Below, piece by piece: positions 21,032-34,151 of a stretch of DNA of 64,000 bases; position 1 is the stretch's first letter, and every line of letters begins with the position of its first letter. This DNA comes from Dudresnaya verticillata (lineage: Eukaryota): positions 682,001 through 746,000 of the forward strand of contig OZ374559.1 of the NCBI GenBank assembly GCA_977862235.1, in the 5' to 3' direction. Position numbers and translations under genes: made by a program. Below the pieces are notes generated by a model. It saw only the letters and a list, made by a program, of their open reading frames with translations, did no database searches and was not told where the DNA came from.

Positions 21032-23830
21032 ATGTCCAACGCCAGATTATCCGGCAACAGTGGTGTTGTGTGCAGTTATACCTCTTGGATGTTGTTTTTG
21101 AACAGGCTCAGGTCGGTTCTAGGTGGCAGTGCCGACTCAGGGCATCGGGCTTTGCTCGCTAGCGCTGTCCCATCTATTCCGGGGCTTGCAAAATTGTCAA
21201 CGCTGAGTTTCCCGGCAATCACGAAGAGCAACAATTTACCGACAAGGTTCGTCGAGGGCAATTTTCCCGACGAAGACTTGCAACGCCGTCGGGAGAAGCT
21301 TTCTCCCAAAAGCGATCGTAAAGTTTTAAAAGTGAGAAGTTTGGCTCTTGTTTTCCCGTTTTTCGCACAGACTCTGCACACCGGGTACTGCGTTTTTCCT
21401 CTCCGCCGACTATTTCCCAAAATATGCGGACCCGCGGAAGTACAGAAAGAGAAGTACAGAAAGAGTTCGTTTTCAGAGAGACAGCGTTACTATGCTGTGT
21501 AGTTTTATTCTTTTTCTGGGGAAATGCATCGCCGTTCTAAAAAGAAACGTAGGAGAGCTTGTGCTATTGCCGATTTAGAAAGTTTCATCGTTTCTCTGAT
21601 ATCATATTCTGCGTCCTTCCGTTGAGCCGAACTTCTCAACGAAACCGATAGAAAAAACAGATGGGCACTCGTAAAAGGATCAGATTATACGGTAATGGAT
21701 GCATCGCGGCAAGAAGATTGTCGTATGCGATTTGAAGTGGTAACAATACCCTTAAAAGGGCGTTTTCATATATTGTGAAATCAAGCTCCCACTCTGCTGC
21801 TCCTTCCTAGCGATAGTTATTATCAGCAAAGGTTCAAACATTCAAACTCTTTACAAACCTGTGTGAAACAATTATACTAGAGTTAGCATTTTGGAAGAGG
21901 ATGGAGTTGTATATAAGTGGTTCTTATTTGGATACCCATCGCCATCGAGCCTCAGCATGATTCGTAAAATCTCCGCAGCGACCGTGTTAAGCAATTAACA
22001 AGATCCCTTTCTTCAGGAATTACCAAACACTTCAAGAGACAGATTCATATGATCGTGCACAGGGGAGGGGGGAAATTTGGATATGGTACACCAAGCCCCG
22101 GATACTACAACGCAAGCGAGACAACACTTATAACATCATCTGGGGATCGTACTCAAGCGCCTGCGTCTGCTTGGGAAACTAGAGCCTATTTGGCAAACGC
22201 ACTACGCTTGACCCTCAAGCCCTGGTCCCCGGACGACACTGCCCAAAAAGCCTTTAATGGCACCTTGTAAACGTCCGGCAACACTCTTTTTCAGATCATT
22301 GAAAAACACAATGCACCTGACGGGCAACTGGCCGGGCGAAGTCATGGTTACAGCGTCGAGCTGTGTCTACATACGCAGAACGTTGCAGACACTTCACCTA
22401 TAGCTTTTTTGGAAGAGAGGACACCCCTAAATTCAAGCCTGGGAGTTTCTTAGCCACCTAGTAGCTGTGCTTTGGGGACTTTAAAAAGCCCTTCCAAATT
22501 GGCATCAGTTGCCTAGCTTCCAGCCTGCTGATTCACATCCTCTGAAACACGCAGTGTTTGTGGCAGCTTTTCGTACCATTGTAACTATTTTCCGTAACTT
22601 CTAAAGGAAGGGGTACGCTGGTTCTGCTCCAGCAGAAGAGCAGTCTTCATTTCGTGAGTTTGCTTTGTTGTCGCCCTTTCACTTTTCGCCTGCACTACTT
22701 TTTTGCTCACCATCACGCCACAAGCCTTGGCCCTACATCACGTTGAGCGAGCGATGGGGAGCCGCCGGTACATATCGGTACAGCATTGTTCTTGCCACGT
22801 GGATAAAGTTTCTGTTTTGCAGTGGCACGAGTCAGTACCGACATTATGAAGCGGCGCTACCTCAGCGTTATTCGTCGAGCCTCCCGCCCGCCTCATCAGT
22901 GATGGGTCATCACCACATCTTCTTGCTCACTTCAACACGTCGGCATTCCAGCTCGAAAACTCCAGATCTTGTTCGTCTTTCCCCGTACTGCCGTACGTGC
23001 AGCGTAGCCTCTGGGCTGAGGCATAGGGTACAGTATGTGCCCGTAGGCGCCTGTCTGAGGGGAGAGAGAATATGAGAGGCCAATAGAGAGTGGAGACGAG
23101 TCGTTATGGAGCAGGAGGTGTGGTAATTGTACAGACCATCCACAGCAGTGTCTCAAATAGTCTAAGCACGGAGCGACCAAGCGCCCTTCGAATCTTACCA
23201 TAACGTTCCCCATGTCTCTCTCAAGTTCAAAAGAGTATAGTATCTTATTAAACTGACACAGGTTGCCCGATGCGTAAAGCATCCCTTTCATGGGTGCGGA
23301 AACTCTCTAATAGCATTCCTTTACTCTGCGAAATTGTTGGGCTGGAGATGTCCACATTTCCAGAACTTAAAGATAGCTTTAGTATATTTGGCAGAGTGTC
23401 GGTTTGAGGTGAAGGGTGTAGTTCTGAACTGTTTTACCTCAGCCTAGCTCACGGGCCCTGCGGTGGTCCCCCAGAAGTGCCGAGTCCTTTCATAGGCTCT
23501 GCATCGATGGCCTTAGGGACCACCATTGAAGGTTTACCGTCACCACGCAGCTCTTTGTGGGCTGCAATCCAGGCCTGGTGAGAGAGTGCTAATCTCAAGA
23601 CTACAGTCTACAGATTATGGGGTGGGCAGGTGGGAAAACAATAACAAGAACCTGATCAACACTGTAGAGGAAAGGGTGACAGGGTCTCCAAGTCGTGGGG
23701 AGCGCTTGGGGTCTCTGAAGCGAGGCTTGGGAGTCGATACCAATGGCTTCCTATACGACCACAGCGGTCGCTCCTTCTCGACGGACGTATGCGGATTAAC
23801 AAAAGATAATGACAAAAACATGAGCCCCAA

Positions 23831-24664
23831 CATCATCATCACCGGAAAATCTTTATCTTGGTGATAGCTACGAGGTGCCAACATCTCTTTATACATTTTG
23901 TCGGATCTGTGCGAGTTACAAGGCGGAGTGCGAGTTAGTGCGCTCTTTGAAGTCAGATTTGAGCATTAGGGCCGACAGCTTCTCAAGGAGTTTGTTCGCC
24001 GGATGCGGAGCCACAATCGCTGGTCTTGAAAACTAGCTCTGCGCTATGCCTCGATTGTATGATGTGGGTATATCTATATGAGAAATGGTCGCGTAGTACT
24101 CGACTTTCACAGAGTGCATGAATTAGTTTAGGACGATGGTTTGAAAGGCCCTACTTCCTAAGCAGACATTGGAAATGTTTCAGGATCTGGACACGAGATG
24201 GTCTTCTTCATTCCATTGATCCCACGATGGTCCGGGTTATCTAGAGTAATTAAAAGCCTAGTTTCGAACGCCCTTTCTACTCGACTCATTACTAAAATAT
24301 GTACACCGGTATGAGAGATTTGAAAGACTTAAGACGACATGTATGTGAGTGCAGTCGCTTCTATCTAGGCTGAAGTAGGCAGAGAGGTTTTGGGCAATGT
24401 AGATACATCCATGTTGAGATCCTAACCAGGGCTCTAAGTAGCGATATTTATTGAGAATCGAACAAAAACCAGCTTCCTCAAACTGTAAAAGCAAAAAGCA
24501 TGAGGTCACCTGCAGCAGGTTTCAAAAGAAAAGAGTACTAGGACAATGCAAATGCTCATTATGAAAGCCAGATGAGATAAACGGAAATTCTTGGTACTAT
24601 CTATGAGACAACAAGCTCTGTTCATACACACATGGACTGAAAAACTTCAGAAGCCATACTGCAG
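23831..24664 (-). mobile_element. Diverged copy of the family C repeat with a (GAT)n tail
   Basis: Co-linear with 15809..16736, with many substitutions and internal deletions; begins CATCATCATCACCGGAAAAT. Confidence 0.8.
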
Positions 24665-25829
24665 AGCAGTGAAATGAAACTATCTTGCCATAGAAATGCG
24701 TAGAAAGAGTAACGCAAGACAAAAGAGATTGAATGAAAACATCAAGTCCTGGTGTTGAATACGCACATTTGGTGATCATGCTACTCACCGACGACACCGA
24801 CACCCATTGGAATAGAAACACAATAATCGAGATGATTGTACATCCGACTAGGTTCGAAAGTTGAAACGCATTGTAGAATCCTGCCTCACTCTGCCTCACC
24901 CTGTCTTGAAGTGACCGAGGACGGTAACGTACAGGGGAGTGAGGAGTGCAATATGTGCAATTGCCTTCCAGAGAATTCGTGGATCTAGTGATGTATCTGG
25001 TAGTATGTTTAGTGCAAGAGAGTATTGTAGAACAGCATAAAAGGGAACGGTTCCTGCTACCTAGCGGAGTACGGGACCAAAGCATCGATTTATCCTTCAC
25101 CAAAATTTCCACCAAGCCATCCTTCTCTCCAGGGCTCGCGGTACCGCACTCACAGCCCGCCGTGTCCAAACATGTCTAAAAGATATGTCCGGAATTCAGT
25201 ACAATGTAAATGCTGATACCTGTACATTCCAACTTCGTTTCGCGCTGCGAATGTTTTATTCAATAGGAACTAGCATCAAGATTGTCATTCATATGTCACC
25301 TCCTGTGATGTTTTTAGGAAAACAGAGCGGGGTGTTATAAGGAGTCAAACAGATATTTGCCCCAGAAAGAAAATCGCCAAATGGTGCAGCCTCAGAGCTG
25401 TATTTAAGGAAGCCTTTATATCTATTCATGCAAATACTGGAGGGGATGTCCACAAGAACAACAAGACGAGATTGGGCATGAACACACAGACACACCCCGA
25501 ACCACAGCAAATAGATATATACTAACTCGGTCACGGTTGCAATCGAGACTGCAGAGATGTATCGATACTGTCCATTCCGTACATCGAAATATCCCACCCC
25601 GTACGTACTGCTTGAGTCATCAATACGTAGAATACGCAACATGTCGGGTGTACATGGTGTGTAGCAGATCGGATTCATGGCATCCGTCAGTTCCAGGCGC
25701 TTTAGTTTTTTTTATGCAGTTGCTAAACAGTCTCACGATTGGAGGGATGAAAAGGATGAACAAGGAGAGCAACTAGTCTTCTTGCTGACCGGGGAAATAG
25801 TTGTTGTGAAAAAGTTTGCTCAACAAAGT

Positions 25830-26900
25830 TCAGAGTGAACTTGCCTCGGCGTCAACGGCCTATTGGCAAACACGCTAAATATCTAAAACTAGACGTATCG
25901 ATCTGTGGTGGGGTCGTTGGAGGATGTAGTATGTTGGAGGCCATTGCGACGGATTTGTTCAATTTCTTGGCTTGCGCGCGCAAGGGAGGTGGGAGTTGGG
26001 TTTGGATAAGCCAGCAGGCTCAAGATGGGTCGCAGGCGGCCGGTGCGGCTGGCGACTGCGGAGTTGGGGGAGGGATAGGGGACGTTCTAAGTGCCATTGT
26101 ATGGCGACAAGTCGATGTGCGGCGCATTGTAATTGCATGACCGGTGCAAAGAACGTTGAGGTGCGGACAGGAGCCGGCCGGGGATAGTCACAACTATGCC
26201 TAAATCAAATGCTGTCGTAAGGCTTCTGGGGCCCATGAGTCTCACTTTGGAAGATGATAGTGGTATGAGTCTTGGGTCATGTACAGAATTTTTGGGGAGA
26301 TAAAGAGCGGTTGCGAAGCCTCTCCTAACGAAATTGGTTCTCATGATGCAGCTATGAAATGCATAAAGCTGTGATAGCTCGGAGTTGTACAATTCGCGAT
26401 AAAGTTTGTTCCACTAAATGCATTATCTCCAGACCTCCAAGAGTGGGTCTATGCTAGAGAGGGAGAATTTTGCAGAGGGTAACTCATCAAGCGGCCGATT
26501 TAGGAATCAAGGCACCTGCTATTTCATTTTTGATACTTGGTACGTGTCTTTCTTGAGACCTTGTTTGATTTGTGCGAGAGCCAACTTTCAAATGCTATTC
26601 CGCTTCGAGAATGACAAAACCAAGACAACAGCAATGCAGCGGGCATGGAATGAGGGTATTCTCCAATAAAGCTTTTGCGATCACAACAGGTTCTGAGATC
26701 CTTTCGTGAAGAACCGGGTGCGTACCAAATGCTGTCCTTGTTGTGCTTTGCGCCTCTGTGTGGCGCTGCACAAGCTTTCATCTATGATTTCTAGGATATC
26801 CAGCGCGCGAGATGGAACACGGGCTGCAGAGCTTTACATAATGTTGTCATGCCGTGTCGTGGCAAAATTCCACCTACGAAATGTGGCTGCCAATGTCGGC
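25830..26900 (-). mobile_element. Possible highly degenerate RLE-type retroelement remnant
   Basis: Scattered peptides TTAFDLGIVVT and AQAKKLNK loosely resemble the RLE region of families A and B; boundaries are approximate. Confidence 0.25.
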
Positions 26901-29900
26901 CAAAAACCAAAGCAGTTGCCTTACGTACCTATCCTTTTATCCAAGGGCTTGTCCGGCGCGTGAAGCCATCGAATATACACGGTTCGTCTGGAGACGCACG
27001 TTGGAAGAATAGAGCGCACAAAAAGCAGGTCGATGTCCCTCACGAAAATCCTAGCAAGTACCGAAACGTAGGATACATTGCGCAAGGGTTGGAGCTGCAG
27101 CATCGTTCGCAAGTTTGCAGAGTTGCTACAAGAGGCTGGCGTTGGCAGTATCCCAAAATGAAGATTCGACGCATTTCTTTCGCTGTTGGAAGCACTTTGC
27201 ACCTTCTACTGTCCGTAACTCGCGAGACAACAGCAATGTCAACCAAAGTCTAGGTCGGCCAAGAAAATCCCGCACGCATCAGCGGAGCTCTTGCCGACAG
27301 CACAAGGTCACAGTCACGCACGACAGAAGGCCACACATGATGGGTTGGCAGGAATCTTAAAATTGTGTGATGCGGAGCTGCACCTGAGGGAATGAATGGC
27401 CGTGTGTCTAGAAAGGCCCCTCGGTGAATGCACAGAAACAGCAAACTACAATCCTTGGAGGCTGCTGCATGACGCAGGTAAGATCCGTTGCACTAGTTCC
27501 ACGTGTGGAACAACGGAGAAGGTTGGAACAGCAGAGTGATCTGAGCGGCTAGAGAGCAATATAGAACAGCTGTCAAAAAGTCTATCGTTAGCCGGGGCGC
27601 GGTTGGCTGTGTTTGAGTCAGCATACTCCCCCGTCTGGTTGGGCGTCGCGTGGTGTCTATTCAACCGGCGTTTTTGGTACCTCACCTGAGCCCGCTTCTT
27701 GCGCGGATAAGGGGAATACGCGGGTGAAGAGCACAACTGGATCAACGGCACAAAGCGCGCGCGCTGCAAAAGTAACACGGGAGTACACGGTAGACGTTCG
27801 GAGCCACGGTGGTGGTGCAGGTGCACCACCACCGCGGTGCACCTGCACCGCACCCGTGGAGATTGTCACTCTGGACTTGGGGAGTAGTTGAGGTTTGCAC
27901 AATTAATGACAAGGACTTTGACGGTGTTCCAAGCCGAAGCCTCGCTAGCATCAAAAAAGAACACTGAGGAGGTATATAAAGAGGTGCATCGAGGCGTCGT
28001 TATCGGCACCTATGTTGTTCACATGTAACGTTTTCCACACTACTCGTCTTGCAGACGTATGCCAAAAAGAGGAAGATGGTGACTCCGACGACTGGCACAG
28101 CCCCCTTCCCCGAATTGCCTACCGCGAAGGTCGCGAGCTCCGACAGACGCGACATAAGCTCGCCGGGCTCATTCTCTCAAGTCATAAAGCAGTGTTCGAT
28201 ATTTGGCAAATGCAGGCAGGCAGGCAGGCAGCTAGCTAGCACCGCACTCGTGCAGCCTGGCGTGGGAGCCGTTGTCTGCGTTCTGGCATCAATGGCGTTG
28301 TTCAGTATCGACAGAAGGCGCTAGGACATTGCTGTGTCCAAACAATGCGATAATGGCCCATGAATCATGCACCATGGCGTGTACGCTGTGCACTCCACGC
28401 ATCGGGCAACGTGTGGCAGCTGGTTAAGATGCGATGCTCTTTTGCACTTGAACGCGCGTCCAAAGCCTTTGGCTATGTGAGACGCTGCTGCGGTTGGTCT
28501 GCACACACCGCTCTCTCTCTCTCTCTCTCTCCGCATATGCGTCTTTGCAGTCGGCCTCTCGCGCCTCTCGACAAGAAATTAGAAAAAGCACACAGTTTGC
28601 CACAACAGCGCCATCGGCGTCGTTGTGGAGGTGTGTGCATCGCGCTCCATAACGATCTGTCGCCACTCTTCATTCTTCATGCTCCGTCCTCTCTCCCGCG
28701 CGCACCCGCCGCCTCCGCCGATCGTATGCGCCAGCCGCGGAGTGGTAGAGAGCGGTGAGACATGCCGCAGCTACTTGTACGACAGCACGGCCACGTTTTT
28801 GCACGCACGGTAGTGCGCGAAAACACGGCCAAGATCTCGAGAGTTCGAGGTGGAATGCCGACGTGACCAAGTGCGCAGGAAGACGCGGCGCCGGCGCGGG
28901 CGAAAGGTGAAGCGCGTGCAACGAAGCAAGCAAACTCGCGCGATGAAGACTGGTGCTCTGGTGCGGCGGGACTTGGGTGTTGATGGGTGTTTTGTTGTAA
29001 GGGTACAAGCGGCGGGTACAAGCAACGGTGTCATGTACCGGCGAGCGCATTAGCGGCAAGTAACGCAAGGCGGCTCACCGGATGGGGAGCTGGTATTCTG
29101 CACGGGATGTCTCGGCTGCGTAGCGACGCGAGATGTGGAACGGGCTCTTCTTCTCTGCGCGTCTTGCGACTCTTCCAGACCGCATCTCCCTACTCTCGAG
29201 GCTATCAAAACAAGACGCTGCTCAGGAAGATGGAACGAGTACATGTGCAATGTAGCTGTGTTGTAGTAGTAGCAGTTACGGCTTGTCTCGCGAGCGACTA
29301 TGGTACAAAGAGTTTCCTCTTTCCTGCGAGGCTCGTCACGTAGGCCGTCGGTGGGCGATGCTGACGCCCGACTGCACAGCCTCCGACAGAGCCTAACGTC
29401 ACTAAGGCTTTGCAGCAAGTTGGATAGAACACTCGGATAGGTTGCCACTCGGATAGGTTGTAAAGGAAACGGCGTGGCGCGACTGTTTGCTTCACTTTGT
29501 CGGACATGATCGACGAACATCAACATTAGCGGATCAGAGAGCGGGGAGCAAAGCGTCTGCGACATTGTCGCCGCCGCCTGCCACGACTTTGCGGCGCTGC
29601 GTGGCCTCGCGCTCGGGCTCGGCCGCGGCCGCGGCCTCGGCCTTGCCCCCGGGTCTCGGCCTAGTTCTCGGGTGGCCGCGACGCGCAAAGTCGCGCGCCC
29701 AATCGCCGCGGCTTTGTCGCCACGCGCAACGCCGCCGCTGGCGTCGGCAGTTGCCGCGCCGCGCCGCGCAGCGCAGCGAGTGCCGCGCAGAGCGGCTCGC
29801 GAGGCGCCGCGCGCTACGCGCCGCGACTTGCTCGTGCGCGCGCGGGGCGACGCGCGCGTGCGGCGGCGGCCTGTCTCGGTGCGCTGCGTATAAAGATGGT

Positions 29901-29936
29901 GGCGCGCGGCTGGGTTTGCGGGCGGCTTGGTACTCG

Positions 29937-30007
29937 GCAACTGCAACAGCGGCAACAACAGCAGCAACAGCAACTACAACAACAACAACAGCAACAACAA
30001 CAACAAG

Positions 30008-30039
<32 letters not shown>

Positions 30040-30140
30040 CAACCACGGCAACCGCAAGCAGCAACCACAAGCAACAACCACAAGCAACAACTACAAGCAA
30101 CAACCACAAGCAGCAACCGCAAGCAACAACCACAAACAAC
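29937..30140. repeat. Compound microsatellite: (CAA/CAG)n, (CAT)n and CAAGCAACAACCA-like units
   Basis: Directly visible low-complexity tract. Confidence 0.9.
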
Positions 30141-30141
30141 A

Positions 30142-30498
30142 ATGAACTCCACAAGGCCCCTCCGCCCTCTCTTCCCCGTCGCACTGCTGCTGCTGCTGCT
30201 GCTGCTGCAGCTTCTCGCCGCAACACAAGCAACCGCAACAGCAACAACCGCGGTGGTGCTCGCCGGGCGGCGCAGTTCGCGGGTGCGGCTGTCGGCGCGG
30301 GGCTTGTTCACGTCGTGGTGCCGTCCGCTGCTGGCGCGCCGCGCGCCGTCCGTGGTGGCGCACCGTCGCCGCCGCGTCGTCACCGCCGCCGGAGCCGCCT
30401 TCCGGATACGCCACACGGGACTCGCGGTTGCCGTGCTGTCCAGGTGGGTGGCTGCCGTTGCTACTATGGAGGCTGTCGCGCCGGTTGTGGCTTGGTAG
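30142..30498 (+). CDS. Putative small secreted protein (118 aa)
   Basis: MNSTRPLRPLFPVALLLLLLLLQLLAATQA resembles a signal peptide, and TATAAA lies at about 29889. The poly-Leu could simply reflect a (CTG)n repeat. Confidence 0.4.
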   Translation: MNSTRPLRPLFPVALLLLLLLLQLLAATQATATATTAVVLAGRRSSRVRLSARGLFTSWCRPLLARRAPSVVAHRRRRVVTAAGAAFRIRHTGLAVAVLSRWVAAVATMEAVAPVVAW

Positions 30499-30763
30499 AT
30501 GGTGGAGTTGTAACATTTTGTACTAACAATGGGGGGGCGAAGAGTGTTTCTTCTCCTTCTTCGTCGTCGTCGTACTGCTGCTGCTGCTGCCGCCGCCGCC
30601 GCCGGTCTGTGTGGGGGTATAACGTTTTGAATGCGCTGCTCGTGGCGATTGTTGAGAGTTTGCATGTAGGCAAGTGGCGCGTTGAGGAGAGAGCAGTGGT
30701 AGTGCTATTGCAACTATGTAGTCTAAAGAGCAGCAGCAAGTTGAAACTGTTAAGTCGTCGTCG

Positions 30764-30866
30764 TCACTCGCCAACGCAAACCTCGTCCGCGCAGGCGCTC
30801 GCGCTCGCCGACGGAGACGCGGACGGAGACGCGGAAGCGGAAAGCGACGCCGACGCCGACGCCGAT

Positions 30867-30897
<31 letters not shown>

Positions 30898-31879
30898 GCG
30901 AGGGCGAGGGCGACGGCGACGCCGCCACGCACACCGCGTGCCCCGCGGCGTCGCGGCGCACGCGGCGCAGCCCGTCCGCGCAGGCGGTGCACCGCGGCGC
31001 GCCGGGGCGCGCGCGCGCGCCGGGCGGGCACTGCACGCACTGCGTGACGAGCCTTGCGCCGGGCGGCGCGAAGACGGCGCCGGCGCACGCGACGCACGCG
31101 GCGCCGCGCCGGCCGCGGCCGCGCGCGCACCCGCGCCACGACGAGCACCGCGTGGCGCGGCCGTCGCGCGGGCGCGCCACGCTGCCGCGCGGGCACGGCT
31201 CGCACCGCGCCATGCCGGCGCGCGCGGCGTACGTGCCCGGCGCGCACGCCGCGCACCGCGCCATGCCGGCGCGCGCCGCGAACGTCCCCGGGCGGCACGC
31301 CGCGCACGCCGCGCCCGCCCACGCCGCGGCCGACCCGCGCGCGCACGGCGTGCAGCCGCGCGCGTTGGCGGCCGTGCCGCCCGTGCGGCCGGGCGCGCAC
31401 GCGGTGCACTCGAGCTCGAACGCGCGCGCGGACACGGGCACCGCGCGCCAGTAGTGCGCGGGCGGGCACGCCACGCACGCCGCGGCCGCGTCCGCGCCGC
31501 CGCGCGAGAGCGTGCCGCGCGGGCAGCGGCGGCAGGTCCGCGCGGCGGCCGCGGGCTGGAACGTGCCCGGGCGGCACGGCGTGCACGGCGAGTTGGCCGC
31601 GGCGCGCTTGGCCGAGCCCGGCGCGCAGGCGACGCACGACGGCGTGCCGTCCGCGGCGGAGATGCCGTGCCCGGGCGGGCACAGGCCGCACCGGCGCAGC
31701 GACCGGCCCGCCACCGCGTACGTGCCGGGTGCGCACGGCTTGCAGACGGCGGAGTTGGCCGTGCGCGCTAGGTAGAAGTCGGGCGGGCACGGTGGCGCGT
31801 CAAACGCGGAGGCGGGTTGCGCGAGTGACGGCTGCGCGCGCGAGAGGAGCAGCAGCAGCGGCAGCGACAGCGTCGCCAT
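30764..31879 (-). CDS. Secreted cysteine-rich repeat protein (ephrin-receptor-like/GCC2-GCC3-type CxxCxxGT(Y/F) repeats) with an SP/SA-rich tail
   Basis: Signal-like MATLSLPLLLLLSRAQPSLA followed by more than ten CxxCxPG repeats; an upstream in-frame ATG at 31963 is an alternative start. Confidence 0.85.
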
Positions 31880-33001
31880 CGTCGCCGACGTCGCCGACGT
31901 CGATGCCCCTCGCCGTCGCGTGCAGCAGTGCCGACGCGACGCCGCGGCTGCTTTGCTTGCCATTCTTGCAGCACTAGTGTTCTTGTTCTTCTTGTTCTTC
32001 TTGTTCTTCTTCCTCTTCCTGCCTCACCTGCCCCCGCACACAGCGCGCCAAGAGCGGCAGCAAGAAGCTCCCCACGCTTGCACCGGTTCCGCTGCCAGCC
32101 CGTCGCTCCTTCTCACCCGGCACGAGTCGCCAAGTCTGGTCGGTGCGCCCGTCGTGCGCCGGTTCCTTTTGTCCACGGTGGCCACCAAGACCGCCACCAC
32201 GCCGGTGGCGTCCCGCGGTGCGCGCTCTTACCGCAATAAGAAACGCACTCGCCGCTGCAGCTGCAGCACCGCATCGCTTGGCCGCAGCTCGCGCGTGCCT
32301 CAAAGCGCGCAGTTTGTCTCTCCCAACCGGCGAGCAAACGCCGCGCGCGCGCGCGCGCGCGCGCGTGTGTGTGTGTGTGGGCGGCGGAAGGAACGGCGTC
32401 GCGGAGGAAGAGAGAGAGAGAGAGAGAAAAGCGGCGCGCGCGCGCGCGGAAGGAACTTTTTCTGCGCGTCTGTCCGTCGCGCCGCAAAGCGAGCGGTGAC
32501 GCGACCTCGACGCGCGCGCGCCGGCAGTTTGGCCGCGACACGCACGCGCAGTCTGCGCTCCTGCGGCGCGCGCCGTCGCGTGACAGGCTCCGCGGCGCGG
32601 CGCAAACATCTTTGGCGCGGTAGCAAGTCTGCGCGCGGCAGCGTGCGGGCCTGGCATTGCGCGCGCTTTGTCCTGCGCTGCGCCGCTGGTGCTGCTGCCC
32701 TGTGCGACGGAGTTTGGCGCGATGTTCCGACGGCGTGTTCTCCTTGGGAGAGGGAGGGAGGGAGGGAGGGAGAATGTAGCAAGTATGGCAGGCGACAAGC
32801 CGGCAAGTTTCAAGCATCGTGGTGGTAAGACACCACCATTTGCAACAGGAGCGCGGTCGCGCTCGGTCGGTCGGTCGGTCGGGCGGTCAGTCAGGAGGCA
32901 CTCTGCCCGTCGTCACCCGTCTGTCCTCCTCTTCCCCCTCTTCCCCCTCCGACCCCGACCACAACCGCCGGCTCCGCCACGCGCCGCCCACAGCCCGCCC
33001 G

Positions 33002-33391
33002 TTACGGCAGCCTGCTCGTCCTCTTATTCCCAAAGCCAAAGCCATAGATCGGGGTGTTGAGGCTCTTACACGCCATGACGACATCCGACGCGAAGACGGT
33101 CTTGCGGCCCAGCGTGAACTCGGAGATCACGACCGAGCGGTACAGCAGGTCGGTGAGATAGCGGCGCAGGCTGTCCTGGACCTGCGCGTACATCAGCGCA
33201 GAGATGCGCTTGATCCCGCTGCGCCGCGCCACGCGCCGGATCGACCCGCGGTTGATGCCCTCCCACGCGCGCGCCAGCGTGTACTGGTTGCGCTGCCCGC
33301 GGTGCCGCTTGGCGCCGCGGAAGCCCTTGAGCCCGGCCTGCGCCAGGCGGCGCCGGTGCGCCGCGGCCATGCGCGCGGTGTCGGTCGGCAT
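33002..33391 (-). CDS. Divergent histone H4-like protein (129 aa)
   Basis: GAKRHR, GI..SIRRVARRSGIKRISAL, RKTVFASDVVMACK and YGFG align co-linearly with H4. An alternative ATG is at 33370. Confidence 0.9.
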   Translation of the reverse strand: MPTDTARMAAAHRRRLAQAGLKGFRGAKRHRGQRNQYTLARAWEGINRGSIRRVARRSGIKRISALMYAQVQDSLRRYLTDLLYRSVVISEFTLGRKTVFASDVVMACKSLNTPIYGFGFGNKRTSRLP

Positions 33392-33559
33392 TGCGGCTGC
33401 GGTGCGGGCGTCTTCTGCGCTTGTTGCGCGTGTAGCGGTTGCTGCTTGGGTTGGCGTTCGCGAACGGAGGGGCGCGCGGCAAGGAGAGCACGAGAACGAG
33501 CGGAGACCGGTGGCGATGCGGAGGCCGGTGCGCGCCGCCGACGCGCGCGCGCGCTCGGC

Positions 33560-33565
33560 TATATA
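33560..33565 (-). promoter_or_regulatory. TATA box candidate for the H4-like gene
   Basis: Isolated TATATA in a very GC-rich context about 170 bp upstream of ATG 33391. Confidence 0.55.
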
Positions 33566-33751
33566 CGGCCGACATGCCACGCGGGGCGGCAGCGCATGGC
33601 GTGCGCGGGAGGGGACGGCGGCGAAGGTGCGCGCGAGAGCGCGCGCGCGCGCGCGAGAGAGGGAGTTTGTAGAGAGGGAGGGACGGGAAGGCAACGGTCG
33701 CACGGGGCGAGGCGCGCGGGGGTCGGACCGAAGGATGCGCGGCGCGGTTTT

Positions 33752-33796
<45 letters not shown>

Positions 33797-34151
33797 TTAC
33801 GAATTTGGAACAACGCGCGGCGGAATTTGGCTTTGCCAAAGGCGGTCGCGTGCGCGGCCTTCCGGTCGCGTTAGTTTGCGACGTGAAATGGCGCGGCGCG
33901 CGGCGGCAACCGACCAATTCGCCGCGCGGTGTGCGGAAGGTCCATCGCGCGTGATGCTCCGCTGCAACGTTCTAAACTTTTCGAGTAAACTCATCAAAGC
34001 CGAAACAACTTCCCATTTCCGCAGCAATACGCCCACGTTCCCACGCGCGCCGCCCGCCGACGCTCCGCGCGCAGCCCCACTCTTCCTCTTCCGTCCTCCC
34101 ATCTCCGCGCCCCCCACCGCCGCCTCCACCCCCCCACACCCACCCCCCGCC

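Noticed and set aside
24753..25172. Solo LTR (TGTT...AACA)
   Set aside because: Flanks do not form a TSD and no second copy is present.
28677..29565. Possible three-exon minus-strand gene (GT..AG intron candidates near 29279..29220 and 29078..28974)
   Set aside because: Splicing can keep a frame open, but the product resembles nothing recognisable; it needs RNA evidence.
29487..33917. Many long overlapping Arg/Ala-rich ORFs (655, 351, 346, 307, 283 aa and others)
   Set aside because: These are expected shadows of extreme GC content and microsatellites; only frames with recognisable protein patterns were kept.
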